The notes: generated by a model from the letters alone, not told the origin. A stretch of 64,000 nt of DNA from Bacilli bacterium (GCA_045125935.1 JBGVNW010000068.1:55323-119322), one strand, 5' to 3'. Positions 51,278 to 60,413 are shown, numbered from the stretch's first letter. A program made the numbers and translations.

Positions 51278-51559
51278 GTGCTTGACAAGATTGCGAGTTA
51301 TTATATGAGTATTCCAACAATGCGTAAGGGTGAGGAGTATTACGAAAAAGGAAATTTACAACTCAATTACGGTAAAGAGAAAACTAAAGATTTTATATTG
51401 ACAGAAGCATCTTGGTATTGGGGGAGTTATGATTATTGGTCAGTAAAGATTGACAGCATTGGTATATCTATCACCTTCAAACCAGAACACAGAAGTCAAG
51501 AACAGTTGGTTTATATTAGTTGGAGTATGTATTGCGAACTCACAAGTCTATTTGACTAA
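51278..51559 (+). CDS. hypothetical protein; possibly extends from ATG 51152 through an in-frame TAG (51209-51211)
   Basis: The track ORF starts at GTG. The same frame is open upstream except for one TAG: MFMDLGKNYLEKLDLGKIE*AYKDGLAIREKLTDSNPKFIKSVLDKI.... The 145-nt gap has no cassette. Confidence 0.5.
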   Translation: MLDKIASYYMSIPTMRKGEEYYEKGNLQLNYGKEKTKDFILTEASWYWGSYDYWSVKIDSIGISITFKPEHRSQEQLVYISWSMYCELTSLFD

Positions 51560-51596
51560 AAAATAATTATTATTTTTAAAAAAAGTTTGGAAAAAG

Positions 51597-51628
51597 CTTG
51601 CAGGAATAAAAAATAATTGCTAACTTTG
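51597..51628 (+). promoter_or_regulatory. Bacteroidota-type promoter (sub-family B2) of the sigma factor gene
   Basis: CTTG-N20-TAACTTTG. Confidence 0.65.
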
Positions 51629-51663
51629 TAGTGTAAATAATAAACAACTAAACAACAACCGAT

Positions 51664-52503
51664 ATGAAATATTCAACAATTTATAGAACAGAAAATACTC
51701 AACGATATTTCAAAGATATCAGCAGTTCAAAATATGATCCTATCGAAGAAGATGATGATGTTAGAAAAATGTTCAGAGATAGAGAACAATACAGAGATAT
51801 TATCATAAACGCTCATATCAGATTGGTAGCAACACTCGCAAAGGAGTATGATGCTAATGATAAGTTTATGGACTACAACCAAGAAGGTATAGAAGGTTTG
51901 TTGGGAGCTTTCGAAAAATACGATCCAGATAGCAATGCTAAATTTTCTACTTACGCATCATATTGGATTAAGGCAAAGATGTCTATGCTCTGTAAAGATT
52001 TCAATGTGGTGCAACGAAGTAATCAATCAAAGATTGGTTCAAAAGCACAGAAGTTCAAAGAAAAATTCTTCGCAGAAAATATGCGAGAAGCATCAACAGA
52101 TGAAATCGTTGAACATCTTTCGAAAGAACACAACATCGATATTCTGTATGATACTGAAATACACAACATTTCAGTGAAAAGTATCAACGACGAGTTAGAT
52201 GATGACGGACTCACACCTGAAACAAGTGGAGAGTTCGCAGTAAAAACAGCGTGCGAAAACGATTTCGTCAAAACTATATATGACGAAGATCTAAAAGCTG
52301 CTGTCAGCAAAATGATGAAAGTTCTCAACGCAAAAGAAATGGAATACATTACAAGACATATCTTTAACGAAGAAACTTATAATAGTATTGCAGATACTGC
52401 TGGTTGTACTAATGAGCGAGTTCGCCAGATTGTTGAAGGTGGATTGCGTAAAATGAGAAAGTGTGAATTTACACAAAAACATTTCGCTTGCTTCTTAAAA
52501 TAA
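51664..52503 (+). CDS. phage-encoded sigma-70 family RNA polymerase sigma factor
   Basis: Region 2 is IINAHIRLVATLAKEY...YNQEGIEGLLGAFEKYDPDSNAKFSTYASYWIKAKM. Region 4 is YNSIADTAGCTNERVRQIVEGGLRKMRK. Confidence 0.85.
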   Translation: MKYSTIYRTENTQRYFKDISSSKYDPIEEDDDVRKMFRDREQYRDIIINAHIRLVATLAKEYDANDKFMDYNQEGIEGLLGAFEKYDPDSNAKFSTYASYWIKAKMSMLCKDFNVVQRSNQSKIGSKAQKFKEKFFAENMREASTDEIVEHLSKEHNIDILYDTEIHNISVKSINDELDDDGLTPETSGEFAVKTACENDFVKTIYDEDLKAAVSKMMKVLNAKEMEYITRHIFNEETYNSIADTAGCTNERVRQIVEGGLRKMRKCEFTQKHFACFLK

Positions 52504-52539
52504 AAAAAATTATTATTTTGAGAAAAAAATGGTCAGAAA

Positions 52540-52571
52540 TTTGGTAGATTCAAAAATAATCACTACCTTTG
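52540..52571 (+). promoter_or_regulatory. Bacteroidota-type promoter
   Basis: TTTG-N20-TACCTTTG. Confidence 0.65.
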
Positions 52572-52608
52572 TAATAGAAATAATAATAACAACTAAATAG
52601 GAAACAAA

Positions 52609-52950
52609 ATGGAAAATGAAGTTATGACAAAGAAATTTGGTGCTTCCAGCATCAACCGTGAGATGTTCAACGACTGTTTCAACCCTGCTATCGATATGTC
52701 AAATGTGTCCGATGAATTCATGCAAGACCTTGCAGACACAACTGAAGACTACTTGAAAAAGAAATACGGTAGCGACGCAGATAAGATGTTTTCTATCTGG
52801 TCTGATGACTACTTGACAGATGACAACTCTATCATCATTGCAACAGAATACAAAAACATCTGGGAAGAATATTGGAATGTGCTTGAAGAACTCGCTCCTA
52901 AATTTGGAGGCGTAGTATCAAACAACAATTCAGAGAGTGCTGTCGAATAA
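52609..52950 (+). CDS. hypothetical acidic protein (113 aa)
   Basis: ORF track. Confidence 0.6.
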   Translation: MENEVMTKKFGASSINREMFNDCFNPAIDMSNVSDEFMQDLADTTEDYLKKKYGSDADKMFSIWSDDYLTDDNSIIIATEYKNIWEEYWNVLEELAPKFGGVVSNNNSESAVE

Positions 52951-53001
52951 GCACTCTCTAAAAAAAATAATTATTATTTTTAGAAAAAAATCATCTGAAA
53001 A

Positions 53002-53033
53002 TTTGGTTATTTCAAAAAAAGTTATTATCTTTG
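53002..53033 (+). promoter_or_regulatory. Bacteroidota-type promoter
   Basis: TTTG-N20-TATCTTTG. Confidence 0.7.
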
Positions 53034-53067
53034 TAATATAAAAACAACAACAAACAACAGAAACATT

Positions 53068-53442
53068 ATGACACACTTAAATTCACTTATCGACAGCAAA
53101 CGCAACTATTCAAAGAAATATTCTGAATTGCTAACAGCAAAGAATGCGTTGATAACAGAACAAGAAAATACTTTGACAGCAATCGTCAAAGAAGCACAGC
53201 AATCCGATGTTGAAGGAATTGACATCAAATCTCTGGGTATAACAGTCGAACTTGACGGCAATGAACCACTATTGGTGGAAGCTATCCGAGTGGTAAATCA
53301 AACAAACTATGTGGAACTAAAAGTGAATACATTGGATTCATATAAGTTTGATGATGAGTGGATTAGCATCTATGACTTCTATTCCGATACTGCTGAAAAA
53401 ATCCTCTTCGGAATAATGGAAATAATGGAGTTAATTAAATAA
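53068..53442 (+). CDS. hypothetical protein (124 aa)
   Basis: ORF track. Confidence 0.6.
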   Translation: MTHLNSLIDSKRNYSKKYSELLTAKNALITEQENTLTAIVKEAQQSDVEGIDIKSLGITVELDGNEPLLVEAIRVVNQTNYVELKVNTLDSYKFDDEWISIYDFYSDTAEKILFGIMEIMELIK

Positions 53443-53487
53443 AAAATGGCGCATTTGTATATTATATAATATATAGTTTTTAAAGAA
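53441..53487 (+). promoter_or_regulatory. conserved element AAAAAATGGCGCATTTGTATA... (copy 2 of 2)
   Basis: Nearly identical to 37975-38025. It replaces the usual palindrome/promoter cassette in front of 53501. Confidence 0.35.
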
Positions 53488-53500
53488 TATACTTTGACCT

Positions 53501-53902
53501 ATGGTTGATATAAGAAACTTAACGAGATTCCCTATATTAGACTTAAAAGAAGAACTTACTAATAATGGGGTTAAGAGTGGAAAGCACTCGGAGATTTTTA
53601 ACTACTTTAAGAAGCATCTTGATGATACAGAGTTTTATTGTATCTCTCAATATAATCCTGTACAAAAGAATATTACTTTCGGTCGTTGCGAGAGTATTAG
53701 TAGAATTTTTTTAACAAATGATTATTCTAACTTTTTTATTACAGCACCTTGTGATGTTGAAGGTTTAAAGACTAAAGCTGTCATTCAGGGAATCGAACCT
53801 AAAAATGGAAGACAACTTCAAATAGCGAGAGATTTTAGGGTAGTATATCTGTCAAAGAAAGCAGTCGATATCTACTTATCAAAATGTGAAGAACAAAAAT
53901 AA
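53501..53902 (+). CDS. hypothetical protein (133 aa)
   Basis: ORF track. Confidence 0.6.
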   Translation: MVDIRNLTRFPILDLKEELTNNGVKSGKHSEIFNYFKKHLDDTEFYCISQYNPVQKNITFGRCESISRIFLTNDYSNFFITAPCDVEGLKTKAVIQGIEPKNGRQLQIARDFRVVYLSKKAVDIYLSKCEEQK

Positions 53903-53915
53903 TAATTATTTTTTT

Positions 53916-54107
53916 ATGAAAGGATATATAGTTAAGATTTTATCTTTAATTCTAAAATTTATATTTGCTGTGTATAGCATTCCGTTTATTGTTATTTTAG
54001 CAACAGCAATTATAGCAGTTATATTATTTGTATGTGCGTTTGGCATATTAATCTCTCCATTATTTTTGTTATATTGTGTAATTTATTGGTTAAGTGAATT
54101 GGATTAG
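53916..54107 (+). CDS. small two-TM membrane protein (63 aa)
   Basis: Track ORF 53886..54107. I moved the start to the ATG at 53916, after the palindrome. Confidence 0.55.
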   Translation: MKGYIVKILSLILKFIFAVYSIPFIVILATAIIAVILFVCAFGILISPLFLLYCVIYWLSELD

Positions 54108-54110
54108 ATT

Positions 54111-54395
54111 ATGGAAAATAAAAATGAAAACATGCTGCCAGAATCTGACAGCAATACGGCAACTGTTGATGAATCAAATGAAATGGTTCAACTGTTAGAG
54201 AACGATCCTGATGTTCTGAAATTAAAAGAGCAACAGGCAGAACTGATGAGGTTGATTGATGACTCAAGAGTGATGAAATCTTATAAGAAGGTCAGAAATG
54301 AAATATATGGTATCGGGATCCGAAAACCCGTAAGTAAGAAAGAAAAGAAAAAGAAAAAGGCAAAGCGTCGTATGGCGAAGCAATCAAAACGATAA
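54111..54395 (+). CDS. hypothetical protein with Lys-rich tail (94 aa)
   Basis: ORF track. Confidence 0.55.
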   Translation: MENKNENMLPESDSNTATVDESNEMVQLLENDPDVLKLKEQQAELMRLIDDSRVMKSYKKVRNEIYGIGIRKPVSKKEKKKKKAKRRMAKQSKR

Positions 54396-54444
54396 GAAAG
54401 ATATTATATTAATTTAATTTTCTATTTTAAATATATTTATATAG

Positions 54445-54485
54445 GATAGACATCGTCGGGATGATGAGGTCTATCTTTTTTTTTT
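54445..54485 (+). terminator. intrinsic terminator (CATCGTCG..GATGAGG family)
   Basis: GATAGACATCGTC-GGG-ATGATGAGGTCTATC followed by T10. Confidence 0.75.
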
Positions 54486-54522
54486 AATAATAATTATTTT
54501 TTTGAAAAAAGTTGCTGAAAAA

Positions 54523-54554
54523 TTTGGTGGAATGAAAAATAATCACTAACTTTG
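54523..54554 (+). promoter_or_regulatory. Bacteroidota-type promoter (family B)
   Basis: GTTGCTGAAAAATTTGG...TAACTTTG with an N20 spacer. Confidence 0.7.
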
Positions 54555-54589
54555 TAGTGTAGATAATAAACAACTAAACAAATACAAAT

Positions 54590-55162
54590 ATGGGACAAAC
54601 ATTAGCAACTCGTACTTTCGGTAAGAAAGCATCAGAAATTACAAAAGAAGAATTTGTATATATGATGCTTGAAGACATTCAACTTGCAAAAGAAGCATAC
54701 ACAAAGTCTATCAATGAGCAAGCAGAGAAATGGCATCAAGATGTTATATCAAGAAAGACATCTGAAATCATTGCGTCTTCTTTCAAGAAATACAAGCGTG
54801 AGAGTTATCGTCTGCGTTGGGTTGAATCTGAAATCGCAAAGATTTCTGGAACTTTCACAAAGGAATATTTCGGATTCGGCGGACAGTTGCTATCAATATA
54901 TTGGAATATCAAACCTTGGTCTTTTGACGGAGGAACATCTATTTCACTGAACACCGATAAACTCGAACAAACTTTACATCGTATCTACGACGAAGCATCT
55001 CGTAACAAGTATTTTATCAACTGCTCTGGTTGGGACATTATAGATAAAAAAATTGTGCTTCATCTATCAGACGAGTTGACAGCAGAATGGACAGCAGATG
55101 CAAAGATGTTGAGCGATTCAGTATCAAGATTCTATGAAGGAACTAAATATTGGGGAGATTAA
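54590..55162 (+). CDS. hypothetical protein (190 aa)
   Basis: ORF track. Confidence 0.6.
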   Translation: MGQTLATRTFGKKASEITKEEFVYMMLEDIQLAKEAYTKSINEQAEKWHQDVISRKTSEIIASSFKKYKRESYRLRWVESEIAKISGTFTKEYFGFGGQLLSIYWNIKPWSFDGGTSISLNTDKLEQTLHRIYDEASRNKYFINCSGWDIIDKKIVLHLSDELTAEWTADAKMLSDSVSRFYEGTKYWGD

Positions 55163-55212
55163 TTTCTCCCTAATAAAAAAATAATTATTATTTTGAAAAA
55201 AGTTGCTGAAAA

Positions 55213-55244
55213 ATTTGGTGCTTTCAGAAATAATTGCTAACTTT
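55213..55244 (+). promoter_or_regulatory. Bacteroidota-type promoter (family B)
   Basis: TTTG-N20-TAACTTTG. Confidence 0.7.
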
Positions 55245-55280
55245 GTAGTGTAAATAATAAACAACTAAACAACAATCGTT

Positions 55281-55790
55281 ATGAAAAAGATTACTTATAG
55301 AGAAATGCCTATTTTGAGCGAACCTACATATCGCTTTCATATTTTGCCAGACGGCACTATGGTAGATGTATATGCTGTTAGATATGACAGCAAGGTCGAC
55401 ATTGAAAACCACAAATATCTTTCACCTGGTGATGATGGTTATAATGAGTCTGAATTACCAACACTAAATGACTTGTATGCTAACGGCACTATGGGTAAAG
55501 AAGGAAGTTGTATTGAAAACGAACACCGAGTAGATTTGGGATATAGACCAACTTTGTCTGACAGCAAAATCAAAAAGATTATTGCAGAGTTTAAGAAAAA
55601 TGGTTTCAACATAACAAAGGAGGCGATCCTACACAACTACGATGCGTGGAGATATGATATGAAAAGTGGCTATCGTGATGATGTAAACAATTATCATTTG
55701 TTCAGTCCTTGTGGTTGCAATCCACTTTCTTTCCGAGCAACTACACTTCATGAAAAATGTTCTGATTGGCAAAATACATATACTTGCTAA
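55281..55790 (+). CDS. hypothetical protein (169 aa)
   Basis: ORF track. Confidence 0.6.
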   Translation: MKKITYREMPILSEPTYRFHILPDGTMVDVYAVRYDSKVDIENHKYLSPGDDGYNESELPTLNDLYANGTMGKEGSCIENEHRVDLGYRPTLSDSKIKKIIAEFKKNGFNITKEAILHNYDAWRYDMKSGYRDDVNNYHLFSPCGCNPLSFRATTLHEKCSDWQNTYTC

Positions 55791-55809
55791 ATTTATGAAT
55801 ATATTTTCA

Positions 55810-55901
55810 CTCTGACAGCATTTCTCTTATCAAGTGGTATAAAGTATCACCTGAAAAATTTGAGGGGCTTAAATCGCATTAAATTGCGTTTGCTGTCAGA
55901 G
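55810..55901. repeat. 11-bp inverted repeat CTCTGACAGCA...TGCTGTCAGAG flanking an 70-nt spacer
   Basis: Arms at 55810-55820 and 55891-55901, read directly from the sequence. Confidence 0.8.
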
Positions 55902-55948
55902 CGAAAAAATAATTATTATTTTTGAAAAAAGTTAAATCAAATACAATT

Positions 55949-56650
55949 ATGGCTAACAACATTTCAAATCAACTTATCGTTACTGCTAACACTAACGAAG
56001 AACTTCAAAACTTTTTGAGTGCTATCAAAGGTAATAATATTATGGATAGACAGCAACAGGTCATAGATTTTAATATGATTATACCTATGCCATTACCTTT
56101 GCGCGATACAGAGGCATCTTCGTATATTGATGATGCTATCCATTACTATAAGGCTAAAAACAATCTTGTTGAATATGACAGACAGAAAATGGACAGATTG
56201 AAGAAATCTAAAAAAGAACTGCAGGAACTATACAAGATTGGTGAGCAATATGTTGGATATGAAAAAGAGTTTGGGGCAAAAGATTGGTATGATTGGAGTC
56301 GTGCAAATTGGGGAACTAAATGGAACGCTTATCACACGAGTGTAAAAATGCTTTCGGACACAACTGCTGAAATTGATTTTGACACTGCTTGGAGTGGAGT
56401 ACCAGACATCATACTGAAATTGATAGAAATGTTTCCTTCGCTAAAATTTGAATACCTATTCGCAGATGAGGACATGGGATATAATTGTGGTGAAGGATAT
56501 TCAAAAAATGGTGAGTTTTATTTTGAAATGCTTGAACCTTGCAGTGTAGAAGCGATGAGAACTTATGCAATTTGTAAGGGATATGAAATTGAAGATTTCT
56601 ATCAAGATAGCGACGGTCATTGGCACAATCGTGAATGGGAAGATGATTAA
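55949..56650 (+). CDS. hypothetical protein, possibly DUF1281-like (233 aa)
   Basis: Track ORF 55922..56650 starts at TTG. I prefer the ATG at 55949. I associate the motif ANWGTKWNAYH...DTAWSGVP with DUF1281/Api92-like proteins, but my recollection is weak. Confidence 0.6.
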   Translation: MANNISNQLIVTANTNEELQNFLSAIKGNNIMDRQQQVIDFNMIIPMPLPLRDTEASSYIDDAIHYYKAKNNLVEYDRQKMDRLKKSKKELQELYKIGEQYVGYEKEFGAKDWYDWSRANWGTKWNAYHTSVKMLSDTTAEIDFDTAWSGVPDIILKLIEMFPSLKFEYLFADEDMGYNCGEGYSKNGEFYFEMLEPCSVEAMRTYAICKGYEIEDFYQDSDGHWHNREWEDD

Positions 56651-56694
56651 GATTAAAAAATAATTATTATTTCTAACATTAAACAATAGACATT

Positions 56695-57042
56695 ATGAAT
56701 ATCTTTGAATATGCTTCGTCTTGTGAATATTGCTTTGAGCAATTTCTTCAAGCAGTTGGTAAGGAACGCAAAACTACTTTCTACTCGGATCTGTCGATAG
56801 CAGAGTGGTGTGGTACATCTGCTATTAAGGATACTTATAGACAAGTTATGGATTCTTGGGGATATGACCTTGAATATATGTGTGAATGGGTGATTGCTCT
56901 CAACCAGAAAATCTGGCAACACAATAATAGCAATCCAGAAATTGGAAAGTTATATGATTTGCTCTGGAGATCTGCTGACGAGTATTGTATGAATCACTTT
57001 AAGGGTGATGACCTGACAGCATACCTGCGATATGTAGATTAA
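56695..57042 (+). CDS. hypothetical protein (115 aa)
   Basis: ORF track. Confidence 0.6.
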   Translation: MNIFEYASSCEYCFEQFLQAVGKERKTTFYSDLSIAEWCGTSAIKDTYRQVMDSWGYDLEYMCEWVIALNQKIWQHNNSNPEIGKLYDLLWRSADEYCMNHFKGDDLTAYLRYVD

Positions 57043-57078
57043 AAAAATAATTATTTTTTGAAAAAAACCACCAAAAAA

Positions 57079-57110
57079 TTTGGTGGTTTCATTTTTTATT
57101 GCTAACTTTG
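57079..57110 (+). promoter_or_regulatory. Bacteroidota-type promoter with hairpin over the -33 box
   Basis: AAACCACCAAA-AAA-TTTGGTGGTTT plus a T-run. TTTG-N20-TAACTTTG. Confidence 0.7.
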
Positions 57111-57150
57111 TAGTGTCAATAAGACATAAAACAACTAAACAACAATCGAT

Positions 57151-57522
57151 ATGAAAAAACTTTCTTTACAATGTGTGATTGAAGAGGAAATCTTGTTCAC
57201 AAACAAAAAAATATTTAAGGATAACGAAGAATATTCGTACACATGTAAATGCTATGACGGTGTTGCAATTTGTACTCCAACTCCTGATGATGAAGAAGAA
57301 GATGAAACAAATCTACCTATGATTATCGCAACTTATCCAAAACGTAAAGATGTACTATTGGACAGCGAATTGTGTAGAAGTATTCTTGACTATCGTGGTT
57401 TATATGATTTGAGAAAAAATCAAATTACATTTGGCGACATAATGCTAAAATTGGGCAAACTCACAAAAGTCAAAGATTCTGAAATAGAGTTAGCATTACA
57501 ACTGTTTTCTGCTAATATCTGA
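57151..57522 (+). CDS. hypothetical protein (123 aa)
   Basis: ORF track. Confidence 0.6.
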   Translation: MKKLSLQCVIEEEILFTNKKIFKDNEEYSYTCKCYDGVAICTPTPDDEEEDETNLPMIIATYPKRKDVLLDSELCRSILDYRGLYDLRKNQITFGDIMLKLGKLTKVKDSEIELALQLFSANI

Positions 57523-57559
57523 AAAATAATTATTATTTTGGAAAAAAGATAGCAAATAA

Positions 57560-57591
57560 TTTGGTGCTTTCAGTTTTATTTGCTATCTTTG
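57560..57591 (+). promoter_or_regulatory. Bacteroidota-type promoter
   Basis: TTTG-N20-TATCTTTG. Confidence 0.7.
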
Positions 57592-57626
57592 TAGTAGAAA
57601 TAACAACAACTAAAACAATTGAAGAT

Positions 57627-57911
57627 ATGAAACTTACAAACAAAGACAAGTTTTATTTGCTATCAAAAGGTTATAGCAATGAAGATTTCACAGCAATCGA
57701 AGATGCTTCAAAAAATATGGTATATACAATATTCGACACACAAGACGAATTTGCACCAGAAGCAAAAATCAAAAAAACAACTGCTATCGAGTTGTTGGGC
57801 AGAGAACGCTATCTGTTAGCAATCGCAAGAGCAACATTTCATAACTCTGCTGTCAGAACACATAGCACGATAGAGAGAATGGGAATTTTATTTGAAAGAA
57901 CTAACTTCTAA
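57627..57911 (+). CDS. hypothetical protein (94 aa)
   Basis: Track ORF 57561..57911 starts inside the promoter. I prefer the ATG at 57627 (MKLTNKDKFYLL...). Confidence 0.55.
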   Translation: MKLTNKDKFYLLSKGYSNEDFTAIEDASKNMVYTIFDTQDEFAPEAKIKKTTAIELLGRERYLLAIARATFHNSAVRTHSTIERMGILFERTNF

Positions 57912-57927
57912 AAAATAATTATTTTTT

Positions 57928-58128
57928 ATGGCAACAACTACTTATAGAGTAAAATATTGCCCGCCGAATCCAGGATGGAACTCAAGAAAACTAAAAGAAA
58001 ACAGGTGGTTCACATCCCTGAAAGATTTACAGGAATATGTTGAGAGCAATCCTTCTGTTATCAATGAAATCTGGGTTAGTAATAATGGAAAGAAATTTGT
58101 TAAATTTAATTATAATGAAATAATATGA
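57928..58128 (+). CDS. hypothetical protein (66 aa)
   Basis: ORF track. The palindrome abuts the ATG. Confidence 0.5.
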   Translation: MATTTYRVKYCPPNPGWNSRKLKENRWFTSLKDLQEYVESNPSVINEIWVSNNGKKFVKFNYNEII

Positions 58129-58901
58129 TAACATCAGTATATAAATATCGCACATTACACGGAATTATAGAATATAAAATAATCAATGGTGAATTTGGAA
58201 TTGACAGCACACTACATTTACAAGACACAAGTTGCGAACATTCAGGTCCAAATTGTGAGATTGAAGTAGTGAAGTGTGAAAGTGGTAATTGCTATCAGTT
58301 CTCAAAGTCGTTGAACCAATCTGCAAAATATTATGAATATTTTCATACTTTGGAGAAATACTGGGAAACAAAGGAAGATGCTTATGTCGAAGTATTGATG
58401 TCAAGCATCAATTCATATCAAGAAAGAATTGAAGAGCAGAAAACTCGAATATCAAATGCAGAGGCGAAGTTGAAAGGAATGGAAGTAAAAGAAGTAAATT
58501 ACTTAATGCCAGATTCCGTAACAAACACTTGCTATATAGATGATATTGGTGTATGCGATATAATTGGGACTATTCGGTTTAAGGATGGTTCAGAAGGATA
58601 TCTCACCGACAGTAATTATTCAACATATTGCGACGGTGAATATATTGACGGCGATCGCATTATTCTCGTTGAAAATAAGAATAATGGCAGAATGGAAACA
58701 GAGCGAGGAGATATTGTGTTCTTGACAAAAGTTGATTCTGACAATTACAAGTTTGACAATAAAATAAAAGACACTATTAAGATTATCGTTGATAGCAATA
58801 AAGCAATATCCACATATAGAGAGCGAATTGAGAAATGTAAAAACATCATTGATAATAAGGATAGTTTGAACATAGACCAAATGAGAGAAATGACAAAATA
58901 A
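58125..58901 (+). CDS. hypothetical protein (258 aa)
   Basis: ORF track. ATGA overlap. Confidence 0.6.
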   Translation: MITSVYKYRTLHGIIEYKIINGEFGIDSTLHLQDTSCEHSGPNCEIEVVKCESGNCYQFSKSLNQSAKYYEYFHTLEKYWETKEDAYVEVLMSSINSYQERIEEQKTRISNAEAKLKGMEVKEVNYLMPDSVTNTCYIDDIGVCDIIGTIRFKDGSEGYLTDSNYSTYCDGEYIDGDRIILVENKNNGRMETERGDIVFLTKVDSDNYKFDNKIKDTIKIIVDSNKAISTYRERIEKCKNIIDNKDSLNIDQMREMTK

Positions 58902-58940
58902 AAAAAAATAATTATTATTTTGAAAAAAGTTCTCAAAATA

Positions 58941-58972
58941 TTTGGTAGTTTCAGAAAAAATGATTAACTTTG
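58941..58972 (+). promoter_or_regulatory. Bacteroidota-type promoter (first of a tandem pair)
   Basis: TTTG-N20-TAACTTTG. The cassette ...CAGAAAAAATGATTAACTTTGTA(A/G)TGTAAAACAA is duplicated 89 nt downstream. Confidence 0.65.
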
Positions 58973-59029
58973 TAATGTAAAACAAAAGCAATAAAAGCAA
59001 GAAAAAAAATAAAAAAAGTTGGTCAAAAA

Positions 59030-59061
59030 TTTGGAAGTTACAGAAAAAATGATTAACTTTG
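59030..59061 (+). promoter_or_regulatory. Bacteroidota-type promoter (second of the tandem pair)
   Basis: TTTG-N20-TAACTTTG. The gene start is at 59126. Confidence 0.7.
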
Positions 59062-59125
59062 TAGTGTAAAACAAATCAAGAGAGTAAATAAACAATAATA
59101 GTAACAATTAAAAATCTAAAAGATT

Positions 59126-59377
59126 ATGGCAAATTTTAAGACAACATCAGTAGAAGAATTAAACAAAATGCTTCACGAAGGTATCGTAGAGTTCGAGTTC
59201 ATCAAGAAAGACGGCAGTGTTCGTCAAGCAAAAGGCACATTGCTAACAGAACATCTTCCTGCACCGAAAGCAGACGCAACTCCTCGCAAGAAGAACGATA
59301 ATGTGTTGGTCTATTTTGACCTTGACAAGAAGTCATTCCGTTCTTTCGTTAAGGCAAGTTTCGTAGGAGCATACTAA
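59126..59377 (+). CDS. small beta-rich protein, possibly DUF2693-like (83 aa)
   Basis: FEFIKKDGSVRQAKGTLLTEHLP resembles the KKDG..R...GTL pattern of SH3-like Bacteroides phage proteins. My recollection of this family is weak. Confidence 0.55.
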   Translation: MANFKTTSVEELNKMLHEGIVEFEFIKKDGSVRQAKGTLLTEHLPAPKADATPRKKNDNVLVYFDLDKKSFRSFVKASFVGAY

Positions 59378-59391
59378 TTCTTGAGAGAAAA

Positions 59392-59426
59392 CAAGTGTGG
59401 GTTGAACACCGAAAGCAACCCACACT
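59392..59426 (+). terminator. 12-bp hairpin after 59126..59377 (no U-tract)
   Basis: AAGTGTGGGTTG...CAACCCACACTT. The palindrome follows at about 59445. Confidence 0.4.
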
Positions 59427-59462
59427 TTCCAAACCAAAAACAAAAAATAATAATTATTTTTT

Positions 59463-59723
59463 ATGAAGAATACAGAATATTCGCAACTATACAGAGAATA
59501 TCGCTCATTGGTAGAAAACTTTAACACAATCGTCGAACGCATCATCAAGACAAAGTTTGAAATGGATTATCTATGGAAGTATAAGAAAGATTATCCATCC
59601 GACTGGAAGCGAATGGCAGAGAAACTCACATCTGATAGAAATGATTCAAAATCAATTCGATTTGCTATCAGAGAACTAAAGTTAAAAATGAGAGAAGTCA
59701 ATTCAAATTTCACTAAAAAATAA
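59463..59723 (+). CDS. hypothetical protein (86 aa)
   Basis: ORF track. Confidence 0.55.
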   Translation: MKNTEYSQLYREYRSLVENFNTIVERIIKTKFEMDYLWKYKKDYPSDWKRMAEKLTSDRNDSKSIRFAIRELKLKMREVNSNFTKK

Positions 59724-59730
59724 TATAGCA

Positions 59731-60141
59731 ATGAAACGCAAATATACGATAAAACTTATGGGAACCAATTGCTACTTGAAAAACACTGGTCAAAATGGCA
59801 TAAATTTTACGACCGACATCAAGAAAGCAAAAGTGTTTGAATATAGCGAAAAGGAAGACATCATTGATAAATTGAGGTCTGGAAATTTTAAGGTGAAAGG
59901 TGAGCGACATGTAACAGATCATGTACGACTTACAATGGACAAAGAAACCTGGCAATATCTATATAATAAACACCTTGATAAAATTCAAGACATTTCAGAT
60001 TGTAGACTCGCTATACACCAGTTCTCAATAACATTGGTCGATAAGTTTAAAACCAAAGCATTGTCGTATAGCAAAACAGGAGAGTATCCTAATTTCAATT
60101 GCGATTATTATGGTGAAGATTTCGAAAGAGAAACAATCTAA
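59731..60141 (+). CDS. hypothetical protein (136 aa)
   Basis: ORF track. Confidence 0.6.
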   Translation: MKRKYTIKLMGTNCYLKNTGQNGINFTTDIKKAKVFEYSEKEDIIDKLRSGNFKVKGERHVTDHVRLTMDKETWQYLYNKHLDKIQDISDCRLAIHQFSITLVDKFKTKALSYSKTGEYPNFNCDYYGEDFERETI

Positions 60142-60159
60142 AAAATAATAATTATTATT

Positions 60160-60399
60160 ATGATAAAAGAAGGTACAATGTTTTCGATGAAAGCAAACTA
60201 CGACGAAAACAAGGAATATAAATATGTGGTCATAGAACGACTTGACAATATTGCTTGTGGCAGAGGAGGTTGGTTGTGTGTTGAGCAGGAAGCAATATCA
60301 AAAAAACCTGATAACATCTCACCATTTGATTGCTGGCGAGTAACAGATAAGTTTCTTGAAACCCAAATACAACGAGGCGTAATTAAAATCATTAACTAA
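60160..60399 (+). CDS. hypothetical protein (79 aa)
   Basis: ORF track. The palindrome abuts the ATG. Confidence 0.55.
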   Translation: MIKEGTMFSMKANYDENKEYKYVVIERLDNIACGRGGWLCVEQEAISKKPDNISPFDCWRVTDKFLETQIQRGVIKIIN

Positions 60400-60413
60400 A
60401 AAACAACAACCAA

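Noticed and set aside
3390-54950. Same-strand alternative-frame ORFs: 3390..3572, 3939..4124, 27480..27698, 31767..32006, 35327..35599, 45466..45690, 50237..50458, 51935..52177, 54669..54950
   Set aside because: All are fully embedded in longer ORFs of another frame that have recognisable motifs or paralogs. None has independent start signals.
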